From contig OX597831.1 of assembly GCA_951406725.2 (NCBI GenBank), positions 37,014,001 to 37,078,000 of the forward strand: a stretch of 64,000 bases of DNA. Direction: 5' to 3'. The notes beneath the pieces were generated by a model. That model was given only the letters and a program-made list of their open reading frames with translations. It was not told the DNA's origin and made no database searches. The stretch comes from Octopus vulgaris (lineage: Eukaryota). Shown here piece by piece: positions 38,390 through 52,150 of this stretch. The translations under genes and the position numbers were made by a program. The stretch's first letter is position 1; each line of letters starts with the position of its first letter.

Positions 38390-39240
38390 TAGAAATACAT
38401 ATATAAGGAACATATGTACACATAAGTGTATAAGGAACAAATATGCATATCTAAGAAACGCACACACACATACACACACAAATCAGTCACACACACATAC
38501 ACACACAGAGATAGATATACATTATCAAGAACGTACGCACGCATATATATATATATAAAACACGCACATGCCTATATAAGAAACACTTACACACATACAT
38601 ACACACACGCGCACACACACAGATAGAAATACATATATAAGGAACATATGCACATGTAATTATATAAGGAACAAACATAATACTGAAGAAACGCACACAC
38701 ATACACACACAGAGATAGATACACATATATTAAGAACATACACCACATATATACATAAAGAACAAACACATGCATATTTAAGAATCACACACACATACAT
38801 ACACACACAAATCAGTCACACGCATACACACACAGAGATAGATACACATATATTAAGAACATACGGACACACATATATATATATAAAGCACAAACACATG
38901 TATATTTAAGAAACACACACACATACACACACAAATTAGTCACACACACACGAATAGATACACATATTAAGAACATACGCACACGCACACGCACACACAC
39001 ACATATAAATAAAGCATAAACGCGTGTACATTTAAGAAACACACACACATACACACACAAATCAGTCACACACACAGATAGATACACATATTAAGAACAT
39101 ATGCACACGCACACACACACATATATATAAAGCACAAACGCGTGTATATTTAAGAAACAAACACACATACATACACACACGCATACACACACATATATAA
39201 CGAATGCACATGCATATTTATTAAGAACGCATACACAAAC
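38390..39240. repeat. Compound minisatellite of ~110-125-bp units built from CA/TA microsatellite
   Basis: Recurrent AAATCAGTCACAC..GATAGATACACATAT..TAAGAACATA..TTTAAGAAACAC. Confidence 0.85.
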
Positions 39241-39558
39241 TTCTATATTCAAGAAGACATACAGCCAATGTGCTATGTATGATTTTTGAAATAACTTCGT
39301 TGTGGTAAGATTTAATAAAATAATTAACTTGGTCATTATTAAGTTAAGGTTAACATATTTAATGGAAGAAGAATCAACTTGTTAATTAGAAACCAAATGA
39401 GCTAAATGAAAAATAGATAATTAACTAACGATTGCTTCTATGCTTATTCAGAACAAGGCAGTCTCAAACACAAGATACAATCACCAGTTTTTTATGCAGA
39501 AATTTCAAAAATATATATGTTTATCTTTTTTCTTAGTTTAACAACTGTTGTTTTACAC

Positions 39559-39630
<72 letters not shown>

Positions 39631-39811
39631 GGAGCACCGCCTTTAGTCGAAGAAATCGGCCCCAAGACTTATTCTTTGTAAGCCTCGTACTTATTCTATC
39701 AGTCTCTTTTGCCGAACCGCTAGGTGACGGGGATATAAACACACCAGCATCGGTTGTCAAGCGATGTTGGTGGTCAAACACAGACACACACACACATATA
39801 TATATATATAT

Positions 39812-39847
<36 letters not shown>

Positions 39848-40047
39848 TGTTTGTCCACCAACATCGCTTGACAACCGATGCTGGTGTGTTTATGTCCACG
39901 TCACTTAGAGGTTCGGCAAAAGAGACCGATAGAATAAGTACTAGGCTTACAAAGAATAAATCCTGGGGGTCGATTTCTTCTACTAAAGGCGTTGCTCCAG
40001 CATGGCCACAGTCAAATGACTGAACCAAGTAAAAGAGTAGAAGAGTA
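39631..40047. mobile_element. Inverted pair of headless family-1 SINE tails
   Basis: Arms ~39631-39797 / 39813-39998 around a (TA)n centre. Confidence 0.9.
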
Positions 40048-40110
40048 CTGTTTTTATTTCTTCATAACATTTGAAATATAGTTCTTTTATATCAACATTT
40101 CCCCACCTGA

Positions 40111-40218
40111 TGTAGTAAAGATTGTTTGCCAACATAACATGGCAGTCCTGGTTTAGGACTAACGCTGCTGTCCTAAACCAGGACTGCCATGTTATGTTGG
40201 CAAACAGCCTTTACTACA
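40111..40218. repeat. 49-bp-arm near-perfect hairpin with 10-nt loop
   Basis: Two differences between arms. Confidence 0.9.
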
Positions 40219-41532
40219 AAGTACTGTTACCGAATATCTCAATTTGTGAGATTTAAAAATAGTCATTTTCTAATTCCTCCTGATGTTATTCTCATTGTTG
40301 CTGGCATTGCTATAACTCGTATACATTCGTGGAACTAAAACAATTCTTTAATATATATATCTTCGAAGGACTTTTCATTCTCTCTGGCAAGTAGCATTGC
40401 TTCTTGACAAAGCTACAACTGGGACTACATACAACATTTGACACTGAACAATGTCAAGCACCTTATGCATTTCATGTACTTTCTCAGCTTACATTCTCAG
40501 TTAACCAACAACATTAGCTACTGTTCTCCGTTCTATACCCGTCATCCCCGCCAGTACCCTTTCAGTCAATTATAAATTACTTCTATTTATTACAGACAGC
40601 GGGTCTATCTTGAATCTTTCTGCATTCCCTTGGTAATATGCATAAACCGTAACAGTGAAAATCTATTCAGGTCTCCTGCCAGTATGTCATGTCACTGAGC
40701 TGAGATCAAGTGAATGCCAAAGCATTAACCAGCTCAAATTTCATTTCCCACCTGATTTGCTTCAACTTAGTCCAGAGGAATTTTCTTAATGTTCTATATT
40801 ATTAGTGCATTGACCCCCACCCCATCTCCTCCTCCTCCTCCTCTTCTTCTTCCTCATCTTCCTTCTCCTCCTCATCGCCTCTCTCCATCGCAGTGTCTCT
40901 GTCTTTCTATTGCCTTTCCTTATTTTGGCTCATTTTCTAATCATATTCTGCATAGATACAATTGCTGCACCAAATATACTACACAGTTCTTGGGTATTAT
41001 AGAATTTATTTTGCAGAAGCATAAATATTTCAGTAATAAATATATCCAGTACTCATAAACATATGCACACACATATCATATTCACAGACACACATATATA
41101 TATATATGTGTATGTGTGTATGTGTGTGTGTGTGTATGTGTGTGTATGTATACATGTATATTCATATATATATGTATGTTTGTATGTTTGTATATATGTA
41201 TGCATGTCTATATACAGATGTACATGTATGTATACATGTACGTATATCTTCATTTCTATTTATTACACAATCATATAGCAGTAAAATAACAAAATGAATG
41301 GCATTATAAACACACATACACATTCATATACACATAAATAGACAAGTATATATATATATATAGATACGCACACATATATATACACACATATGCACATACA
41401 TACACACATAATTATATATTATATATACATATATGTGTGTTTATTATGTGTCTGTCTGTATGTATATATATCTATATGATCATATATGCACACACAACCA
41501 TATATACTTACATATATACATGCACACTCATA

Positions 41533-41569
<37 letters not shown>

Positions 41570-42928
41570 GCATAAAACTACACTGACATACACACATACA
41601 AACACCGCTCGTATGTATCCTACTACTAGACTCTGTTTGATATGTTACCATACGTTGCTTAAAAAAATATGTAAGAACTTCATAGATATATATTAAAGCA
41701 GCACGCATAAGTACTTTTCAAAACGATGAGGGAAAAAAATAATACAAAACATGTTTTATCAGAACCTTAAGCTAAAATAATAAAGAAAATTACTTGCGCA
41801 ATATATAGACTTTATCATTATGTAGGTATTAACTACACGACATTTACATGAACAATCAGAAAATCAAATAAATCTATGAAAAATGAAAGAAAGAAACACA
41901 AACAGTAAGAATGAATTTAAACAAGGTAAATAACCAGCGAATAAAAAAAAATATTAGCAAAAACATGATATATAGTATTAAAATATTTTTGTACTTTATG
42001 TTATGAACTTACAACATAACACTAACTGTCTCAACTAAATAGCATACGACTATAATACAAGAGGATAATTCTTTCTGTTTGTAAACACATGTTGGAAATT
42101 TTGAGGGTGTGGGTTAGTTTTATTACATGAACCACCAGTTTTTAATTGATATTTATTTATCGACCCCAAAATGATGAAAGGCAGAGCGAACTTTAGGTGA
42201 AATTGTATTCAAAACATAAAGAGACAGAATGGATATCAGTAAGCATTTTGTCCAATAAACTAACGATTCGGCCTATCGGCCATCTTTTATTTTAGAATAA
42301 TAAGACAAGAAACCTTCTGAACCAGCCACGTTCTCTTGTCATGATTCTTTTACTGTTGACAGCCGATGTTGGTGTATTTGCATCCCTGTAACTTAGCACT
42401 TCAGTAAAAGAGAACGATAGAATAAGTCTTAGGTTTATAAAGTAGTGTTTGGATCGATTCATTCAACTAAAAATTCAAGGTGGTGCCCCAGCATGGCCGC
42501 AGTCTGATAACTGAAACTAGTAATCTTGGATATTATTGTTATTGTTGTGTAATCACATACCTCCCAGATTGCTGTTGATTAGTCTAATGTTATCTCTGAT
42601 CATGCAGACCTATGACAGGATGGCCACATCTAGACTGTCATAATTGCTCTTTCTTTTTTCCTATATGTGAGAAAGCAAAGATGACATTATTCAGAAGTGT
42701 ATCAACTTCAGCTAGGAATCTAAACATGCTCAAGATACACACTTTATTATTTAAACTGGCCAGATTGGGCCTTTCACACATACCATACAATACCAGTCTA
42801 AAAATATAGTATCACATCAATGAAATCTCAAAGCTACCAGATAATGATGAGTAATTCAAACCAACTTGAATAAATAAACACTATATTTGACACGTTAATC
42901 GCAATGCTAAAGTGATAAGTTTGTATAC

Positions 42929-43202
42929 GGGCATATGGCGTAGTGGTTAAGAGTGTGTGCTACTAACCTCAAGATTCCGAGTTCGATACCAGGCTGTGAC
43001 CTGAATAGTAATAATAATAATAATAACATCAAAAAATACCTTAGGAATGGGAACACAGGTTCGAAATTTTCCCAAGACACTTGATGAAGGCTGGAGGGTA
43101 TATCAGCCGAAACGTTGTGCTAACAACAAACGAGATGAGGAGAAATACCCGTCAAATATAAATAATGTACTTAATTCCTCATCTCTTAAATATAGAACTG
43201 TA
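42929..43202 (+). mobile_element. tRNA-headed SINE-like element with a hammerhead-bearing 3' part
   Basis: A box TGGCGTAGTGG (42936), B box GAGTTCGATACC (42979); GACAC-TTGATGA-A-GGCTG..CAGCC-GAAA-CG-TT-GTG at 43076-43119. Confidence 0.75.
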
Positions 43203-43359
43203 AAACAATATTATTGAACAGCGGGACTATTGACAGTTAAATGTTGCTTTATACCAGTTGAATTTTTCAAGTATCATCTGTTACAGTTCTTGCCCAGAGG
43301 ATACAAATTCAAAATTCTGTAAATGCTACTTCAATGCATCAATATTTTCATTAAGGTGA

Positions 43360-44015
43360 AAGCAGCGAGCTGACGGAATTGTTATCACGCTGGGCGATAT
43401 GGTATTTCGTCTGTCTTTAGGGTTTGAGTTCAAATTCCAAAGAGGTCAACTTCGACTTTCATCCTTTCGGGGCCGATAAATTAAGTACCAGTTGTGTGCT
43501 GAAGTCGATCTAATCGACTGGTCCCCTCCTCAAAAATTTCGGACCTTATGCCTAGTGTAGAAAAGAAAAAGGATGCGAGCTGGCAGAAGCGTTAGCAGAC
43601 CGGGTGAAATGCTTAGCGATATTTCGTCTGTCTTTATGTTCTGAGTTGAAATTCTGTCGAGATCGACTTTGCCTTTCATCTTTTCAGGGTCGATAAATTA
43701 AGTACCAGTTGCATACTAGAGTCGATCTAATTATCTGTGCTCCTCCCCCAAAATTTTGGGCCTTGTGCCTAGAGTAGAAAAGATCATAGTAAGACGGCGA
43801 GCTGGCAGACACGTTAGCACGCCAGACGAAATGCTTAGAGGTATTTCGTCTGCCGTTACGTTCTGAGTTCAAATTCCGCCGAGGTCGACTTTGCCTTTCA
43901 TCCTTTCGGGGTCGATTAAATAAGTACCAGTTACGCACTGGGGTCGATATAATTAACTGTGCCCCTTCCTACCCCAAAATTTCGGGCCTTGTGCGTAGAG
44001 TAGAAAAGAAAAGAA
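43360..44015 (+). mobile_element. Three full-length family-2 (tail B) SINEs head-to-tail
   Basis: Heads near 43361, 43572 and 43794, each ending GTAGAAAAGA. Confidence 0.9.
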
Positions 44016-45867
44016 TACTTTTATTAAGGTTCTTATTTGCATGTTTATTTATCTTTTGTCTTTTCTTTTACTTGTTTCAGACTGTGACCATGCTGGAGCA
44101 CCTCCTTGAATTTTTAGTCGAATGAATCGATCCAAGTACACCTTTACAAGCCTAGTACTTATTCTTTCACTAAAGTGCTAAGTTACAGGGATGCAAACAC
44201 CCTAACACCGGTTGTCAAACATTGGTGGGGGTGGGGGTAAAACACAGCGAGAAAGGCACAAACACATACATATACATACATCAGTTTCTGTCAAACAAAT
44301 CCATTCATAAGGCTTTGGTCAGCCCAAGGCTATAGTAGAAAATACTTGTCCATGGTACCATGTCGTGGGACTGAACCCGGAATCATGTTTTCAGGAAGCA
44401 AACATCTTACCACACAGCCACACACACCAAGAATTAAATATTAATGTCAAAATTTGGTACAAGGCCAGCAATTTCTGGAGATGGGGTAAGTCGATTACAT
44501 CGACCCCAGGGCTAAACTGGTACTAATTTTATCGACTCCGATAGGATGAAAGGCAAAGTCTACCTTGGTGGAATCTGAACTCAGAACATAAAGACAACCG
44601 AAATGTCATTTTTTCCTTCATTTCTTTTATTTGTTTCAGTCATTTGACTGCGGCCATGCTGGAGCATCGCCTTTAGCCGAGCAAATCGACCCCAGGACTT
44701 ATTCTTTGTAAGTCTAGTACTTATTCTATCGGTCTCTTTTGCCGAACCGCTAAGTGACCGGGACGTAAACACATCAGCATCGGTTGTCAAGCGATGTTGA
44801 GGGAGGACAATCACAGACACAGAAGCATATACATACATATATATACACGACGGGCTTCTTTCAGTTTCCGTCTACCAAATCCACTCACAAGGCTTTGGTC
44901 GGCCCGAGGCGGCCCAAGGTACCACGCAGTGGGACTGAACTCGGAGCCATGTGGTTGGTAAGCAAGCTACTTACCACCACACTAAGCATTTTGTCCAGCG
45001 TGGTAGTGATGCAGCCAGCTTGCTGCTTTGTCCAAGAATTAAATAATAATTATGGCATTGTCGGGAGAATGAAATATTTCCTGATATGTTCAAAATCCTT
45101 TCAAGATTAATGAGATATTTATACATAGACCCTGCTCCATATGGTAGTCCCAGGACTAAAAATGGAATGTGTATTCACATATTGATCATTAATCAATCTG
45201 AACACAACACATCACCAATCACACTGTAGGACACCTGGAAATATACCGATAGTCATGCTGGACATTGTTGAAGAAACCATCCATATAATTACAAGACCTG
45301 TCTCCTTCCTGGCCTCAAGATACGCAAATGCCATTCTGCCTATTTCTGTATTCCCATCACAATTGCTTATTCAAACATCATGCACAAAGCATCTGCTGTT
45401 CTGTCATTTCCTGGGTATTGAGACTCAATAGCATCAGTTACCATTCTTTGAGAGAGGCCGAACACAAAACTGTTTGTCTCTTCTTTAAAAGTGCTTCTGT
45501 CCACGATTTCTTTGTGACTTTAAGCATTTGTGAAGCATTTACAATGAAATTTATTCATTTGTCCTTACTTGTTGCTGGGTCTGCTGGTATGCTTTGTGAT
45601 ATTATTCAACTGTGGATAATTCATGTCTATTCTTGGTAAATATCAAGAAATCAACAAAATTCTTTATACATACATAAATACATACATATGCACATGCATA
45701 TATACATATACATACATACATACATATATATATATATACATATATATATATAAACCACACAAATATACGCATACTTGTTAAACACGTTACACACATATAA
45801 TATACATATCCCTACTACATATATACATATGTATATACATGCACACATCTCTCCTTCTCTCTCTCCC

Positions 45868-45903
<36 letters not shown>

Positions 45904-45928
45904 CATAGATGCATACATCTCTATTTCC

Positions 45929-45965
<37 letters not shown>

Positions 45966-46563
45966 CATAGAGAGAGAGAGCTAGAAAGAGTGAAGGAGAG
46001 ACAGCGGAAGGGAGAGAGAAAGAGAGACATATAGATAGATGCATACATACATATATACCAAAGGTAAGTTATATAGGCATATTTGTGTGTTGTACATATA
46101 AACACATGCACATTAGTACGCACACACTCACATATATATACACACACATATATACACACATATATGTGTGTGTATATATAAATGCATATATGTATATATT
46201 TGTATATATTTGTATATACACACACACACGTACATTTCAACCTTCCTGTACAAAGTATCATAGCTTTTGCTCATTGATTTCTGCTGTTCACAAATGAAAA
46301 TAAAATATTAAAATAAAATAAAATGAAATAAGGAAAGAAAAAAAAAGGAGGAAGGAAAACAATTCTCATAGTTATCTTTGTTTGTAAAAGAAAAAGGAAA
46401 CCAGAAACAGAAACAAAACCCCCCAAAAAACAAACAAAAAATATATGAAGTGAATGAATAAAGAACACAAAAATTACTTATAGAACATAAAACATTATAA
46501 TCATACATAATACTTCAGCTCGCAGCATTTACTAAGAGAAAACAGTATGGGAATATGCTGAGC

Positions 46564-46601
<38 letters not shown>

Positions 46602-46611
46602 TATATTTAAA

Positions 46612-46689
<78 letters not shown>

Positions 46690-46696
46690 ATGTGTG

Positions 46697-46737
<41 letters not shown>

Positions 46738-46748
46738 TTTATTTAAAG

Positions 46749-46854
<106 letters not shown>

Positions 46855-47630
46855 CACATATGTATATATGTGTGTCTGTCTGCGTGTGATTATGAATAGG
46901 TTTGTGTTAGTGTTTGTGCATGAGACTAATCAAGGAAGCAGTCAGCCAAGAGGAGTTTTATCAAGAAAAAAATAAATACCTATAGATAATCATTGATTTT
47001 TAAGGAAAAAATAATATGAAAAAAAAATTAATAAAAGATCGATATTTAATAGCACTGAAAAAATGAATATTTATATGTGAGTATGTGGGTGTGTGTATAC
47101 ACATGTGCATGTGTGTTGTATGTAGTCACTGTGTGTATGTGCTTGTGTGTGTATGTGTGTGTGTCTGTGTGCGCCTGTGTATGCATATGCATGTGCATTT
47201 GTGTTCGTATTTGTATATGCATGTGTTTATGTTGTATGCATTTACTAGGTGTAAGTGTGAGTTTGTGTGCGTGTATATGTGTGTATGCTGTATGCATTTA
47301 CCGTGTGTAAGTGTGTACATGTGAGTTTGTGCGTGTATGTGTGTGTGTGCATATGTACGTTGAAGACATTTCTTGTTTGTGTGTGTATTTGTTTCTGTGA
47401 CTGTTTGTGTGTCTTTGTCTGCTTGTGTGTGTTTGTGTGCATGTGTGTGCCTGCATGTGCATGTGTATAATGGATGTGTGTGTGTGTGCATGTGTTGAGT
47501 GTATGTGCAGGTTGGAATGTCGTGTTTACTGTGTGTGTGTAAGCATGTATCTGCACACGTCAGCACATGCTTGCATGTATGTGTGTATGAGTGTGTGAGG
47601 AAGAGAAGTAAGCGAAAGAGAAAAAATGAG

Positions 47631-47661
<31 letters not shown>

Positions 47662-48082
47662 GAATAAAAAGAGAGAGAGAGAGGAAGAAAATGCGAGAAA
47701 GAGATGTTGCTTGAAGCTTGGATCTGGTGATTTTTAAGGTAAATATAAAAAAAGGTAAATTAAAATAAATTTTAAAAAAATAAATTACACGAAATGAAAA
47801 ACAAAAATTTGAAAATATGGAATAGTCAGTCAGTAAACAAAAACACAACAATAAAAAAAATGGAACACAGACCAAAAAAAGAAGCCCCCACAATAACCAG
47901 CAAAAAATACAAACAAAATTATGCTGCCATATTTAATGAGGAAGACACGTTATCAGATGCTAATTTGTCAAAGGACTACCGGACTTGAACTGTATCATAT
48001 GCTCGGTGGAAGAAGAAGAAGAACAACAACAACAACAACAAAAAGCCTTATAATGTTGATAGTGATGATGATGAGGAGGATT

Positions 48083-48159
<77 letters not shown>

Positions 48160-48186
48160 TGTTGAAAACTACTTCTACTACAAATA

Positions 48187-48221
<35 letters not shown>

Positions 48222-48245
48222 ATTAATAATAATAATAATAATCAT

Positions 48246-49793
48246 AACCTATCCTGTTTGCCACTTATGTGGAAATTATTGACTGGAATACTCGCAGAGT
48301 CAATGTACGAATATCTAGAAAAAAAATGGAGAAGTGTAAGTGCTGAGGGACCAAGGATCAACTCCTGATAGATAAAACTACTCAGAGACTGCAAGAGGAG
48401 GAACAGTAACTTAGCCATGTCATGGATCGACTATCGTCAGGTGTACAATTTGATCTCACATTCTTGGATTATAGAGTGTATGAGCCTGTTTGGGATTGCA
48501 TCGAATGTTGAGCAATTGCTTGGAAAAAGTATGGCGAATTGGAGGACGGACCTGACAGCACACGGAAGAAGTTTAGAGACAGTAGAAATTAGGAGGGGCA
48601 TCTTCCAAGGGGACTGCCTGTCGCCACTGATCTTTGTACTGTGCTTGATACCACTAACACTGATTCTGAGTAAAGCAAAGGCTGGGTATGTATTGAAAAG
48701 CCGCCAACAAAAAGTTAACCATTTGTTATTCATGGATGACTTCAAACTTTATGGTAAAGATGAAGTCCAAGTCAGTTCCCTCGTTAATACGGTGTATACC
48801 TTCAGTGCTGGAATCAGAATGGAGTTTGGGCTGAGAAAGTGTGGTGTGTTAGTCTTGAAGAGAGGCAAAATCGAATGTATGGACGGGCTAACGATACAGT
48901 CGGAGGAGGTTATGAATCAGATAGCAGAGACTTGGGAATTATGGAAATGGATAAATTGATAGAGAAAGAAGTGACAGAAAAATTTAAGGTGGAGTACTTG
49001 CGCAGACTGAGACTGATCCTTAAGTCGAAATTAAACAGACGGAATGCGATCGAAGCTATCAACACCATGGCAGTTTCACTCCTTAGATATGGAGTAGGGT
49101 TAATCACATGGATAGTAGACGAACTAAACATCTTAGACAGAAAGACAGGGAAGTTGCCAACTAGATATGGGTCACTCCACCCAAAAAGGACACCAGGCAA
49201 AGAACGCCACTGCCCAGAAGGAATATAAGAGACGTCACGACAATATAGCCAGGCTTATCCATTGGACACTTTGCAACAAGTATGGACTTGGCAGAGCAAA
49301 AAATTAATACGGCCACAAACCTGAAGGCATTGTCGAAAATAGAAATGCAAAGATCCTATGGGATTTTATAATTGAGTGCGACCATGAGATTGAGAATAGG
49401 AATCCGGACATAGTCTTAATTGAGAAAGAAAACAAACTATGCTGGATCATAGATATAGCATGCGCAGCTGACAACAAGGTATGCGATAAGGAAGAAAGAA
49501 AAGTCGTGAGATATAGCAGGTTATCTTGGGAAGTTAAGCAGTTGTGGTCGATGAAAAAGGTGGTAGTAGTACCAATAATTGTCGGAACCCAGGGAACAGT
49601 GAGTAAAAATCTCGAGAAGTACGTGGAACAAAAAGGGGTTGCAATAAGGATGGAGCATTTACAGAGAACCACTGCATGGAACCGCTCGAATACTCCGGAA
49701 GGTGCTCGAAAATTAGGGGTGTTAGTTTAGTTCACTGGTAGTGAACAGCTGACACTGTAGTACATCTCCAGCATTACAAGCTGTGCAAAGGCA
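48246..49793 (+). mobile_element. R4/Dong-clade element, truncated (RT + endonuclease remnants)
   Basis: CLPLMWKLLTGI, WIDYRQVYN, RRGIFQGDCLSPL, HLLFMDD, RRHDNIA, NRNPDIVL..IIDIAC; (TAA)n on both sides. Confidence 0.9.
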
Positions 49794-49856
49794 ATGATGA
49801 TGATGATGATGATGATAATAATAATAATAATAATGATGATAATAATAATAATAATG

Positions 49857-49950
<94 letters not shown>

Positions 49951-49953
<3 letters not shown>

Positions 49954-51223
49954 GAACACCGGGGACGTTTAAGATGTAAGAAGGAAAATACAGAGCTCCG
50001 AAATCTATCTACAAACATCGAAAACAAGGACACCCTATGGAGCCAAAGATTTACTAACAAAGAATTGGACTATATCCGAGTAAGTAATACTAATTGAAAT
50101 TTATTACTATTTTCGAAAAGAAATGATGTATTTTGACTCGATATTATCTCCACCTCTAACACAACACATGTAAACATGCGTGGAACAACACGATCATCCC
50201 CGACCTCAAACACCATGTACAAAGGAACTACGAAGAAATTAAATGCCACCGATACTATTCAACCCAAGAATAACAATCGAGCGGTACGTACATTAAACCT
50301 ACAACAAAAAATGTACGAAAAACTACACGTGCGAAATAATGTGACAACAGAAATAAACGGACCGGTACCCTACGAAAATGACGACCGTCAAAATAATGGG
50401 CCGGACGTTGTACCTCATGTCCCGCAAATAAAACCCAAAAGACGTAAATGGACACGTGAGGAATACATTTCTATCTTACACGCATACTTCACAGCAATGC
50501 TCTACCCACAAAATGAAAATACAACAAAACATACATATAAAATATGGAAGGAAAATAATAGAGATATAGACTTGGATACAGCAAGAAACAATAAATCATA
50601 TTATCTCTAGCTGCCCAGTCCTGGCTAAGAAGGAATATATTCACAGACATGACAGAGTTGGAACCTACATACATTGGAAGCTATGCCAACATTATGGAAT
50701 AACAACAGAAAAAAGATGGTATAGGCATACACCAGAAAAGGTCACAGAAAACGAGAAATCAACCATACTCTGGGATATGCCGATACACACAGATAGAGAA
50801 ATTAAGGCCAACAGACCAGATATAGTTGTCAGAGATCATGAAGAAAAAAATGCTTTCTAATTGATGTATCAATACCGGCAGATGACAACGTGTCTCTAAA
50901 AGAAATGGAGAAACTCTCAAAATACAAAGACCTGGAAATAGAGGTAACTAGAATGTGGAACCTGAAAACAGAAACAATTCCTATCATAGTAGGTGCATTA
51001 GGCATGAAAAAAAAATATTCAGACAAATACATAACAAAAACACCAGGACTTACAAACACATATAACATACAGAAAATTGCACTACTAGGCACTGCACACA
51101 TCCTACGCAGAACACTTTCCATACAATAACCATCAGAGCATCACAACAAATCACAGCACATACCCAAGGCACACAGAGCTGCGCTCGGTAGTGAAGTGAA
51201 AGCACGCTATAAAAATAAAACTA

Positions 51224-51228
<5 letters not shown>
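49951..51228 (+). mobile_element. R4/Dong-clade element with both ends but RT deleted
   Basis: N-terminal KRRKWTREEY..AYF..TYKIW joined near 50590 to HIISSCPVLA..HRHDRV..ANRPDIVV..LIDVSIP..KYKDL; (TAA)n both sides. Confidence 0.9.
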
Positions 51229-51291
<63 letters not shown>

Positions 51292-51529
51292 GGTGAGTTA
51301 GCAGAAAGATTAGCACGTCAGGCGAATTGTTTAGTCATATTCCGTCTGTTTTTATGCTCTGAGTTCAAATTCCGCCGAATTCGAATTTGCCTTTCGTCCT
51401 TTCGGGATCGAAACAATTAAGTACTAATTGCGTACTGGGGTCATCTAATCGACTGACCCCCTCAACCCAAATTTTGGGCTTTGTTCCTAGAGTAGAAAAG
51501 AATCAACAACAAAAACAATAATAATAATG

Positions 51530-51621
<92 letters not shown>

Positions 51622-51639
51622 GTGTTGAGGTTTATATAT

Positions 51640-52150
51640 AATGAAAGGAGAAAAATATAATAAATAAAATAAAAAATGCAAGAAAGAAAGAAAATAAACA
51701 TTGCATACACTGATAATGAAGGGACATATGCATAGCATACAAAAGTTAAAAAAGAAAAAGAAAGGGCTGGGAGGATGATAGAGATGTGGCCCTCCTGATA
51801 CAGGAAGGCTTCTATGGATAACCCAACTCTCCGAGATTTCCCTGAAATCCCAGGAGCAAGTACCCTCTTCAATTCCTTCTCTCCGACTCACAGGTCTACA
51901 CTTAGTGAGGTGCCATCCATTCAGGCGAATTTTTGAAACTTTCACCCATCTTTCAATAAACTCACTCGAGGACAGCACTTCTCTCTCCATTCGCAATTTC
52001 CTTTTCAAGTGAAACTTGAGGAAGTCAATGAGAGCTCTATCAAACAGGAATGTATCTTCCCTCATGTCTTTCAGCTTCGTCTACCAAACAGCCTCTTTCG
52101 CCACAGCCACAAGGCACAGAAAAATTGCCTTGCGATTGAAGGAGAATAAT
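51640..52150 (-). mobile_element. Tx1/L1-clade LINE 3' fragment
   Basis: DTFLFDRALIDFLKFHLKRKLRMEREVLSSSEFIERWV is homologous to the C-terminus of the 56441-57985 ORF. Confidence 0.85.

Noticed and set aside
42520-42917. Possible TTAA-type MITE; also possible transposon ends at ~29470-29607 and ~37130-37310
   Set aside because: Only one decayed terminus visible in each case; cannot be supported from this window alone
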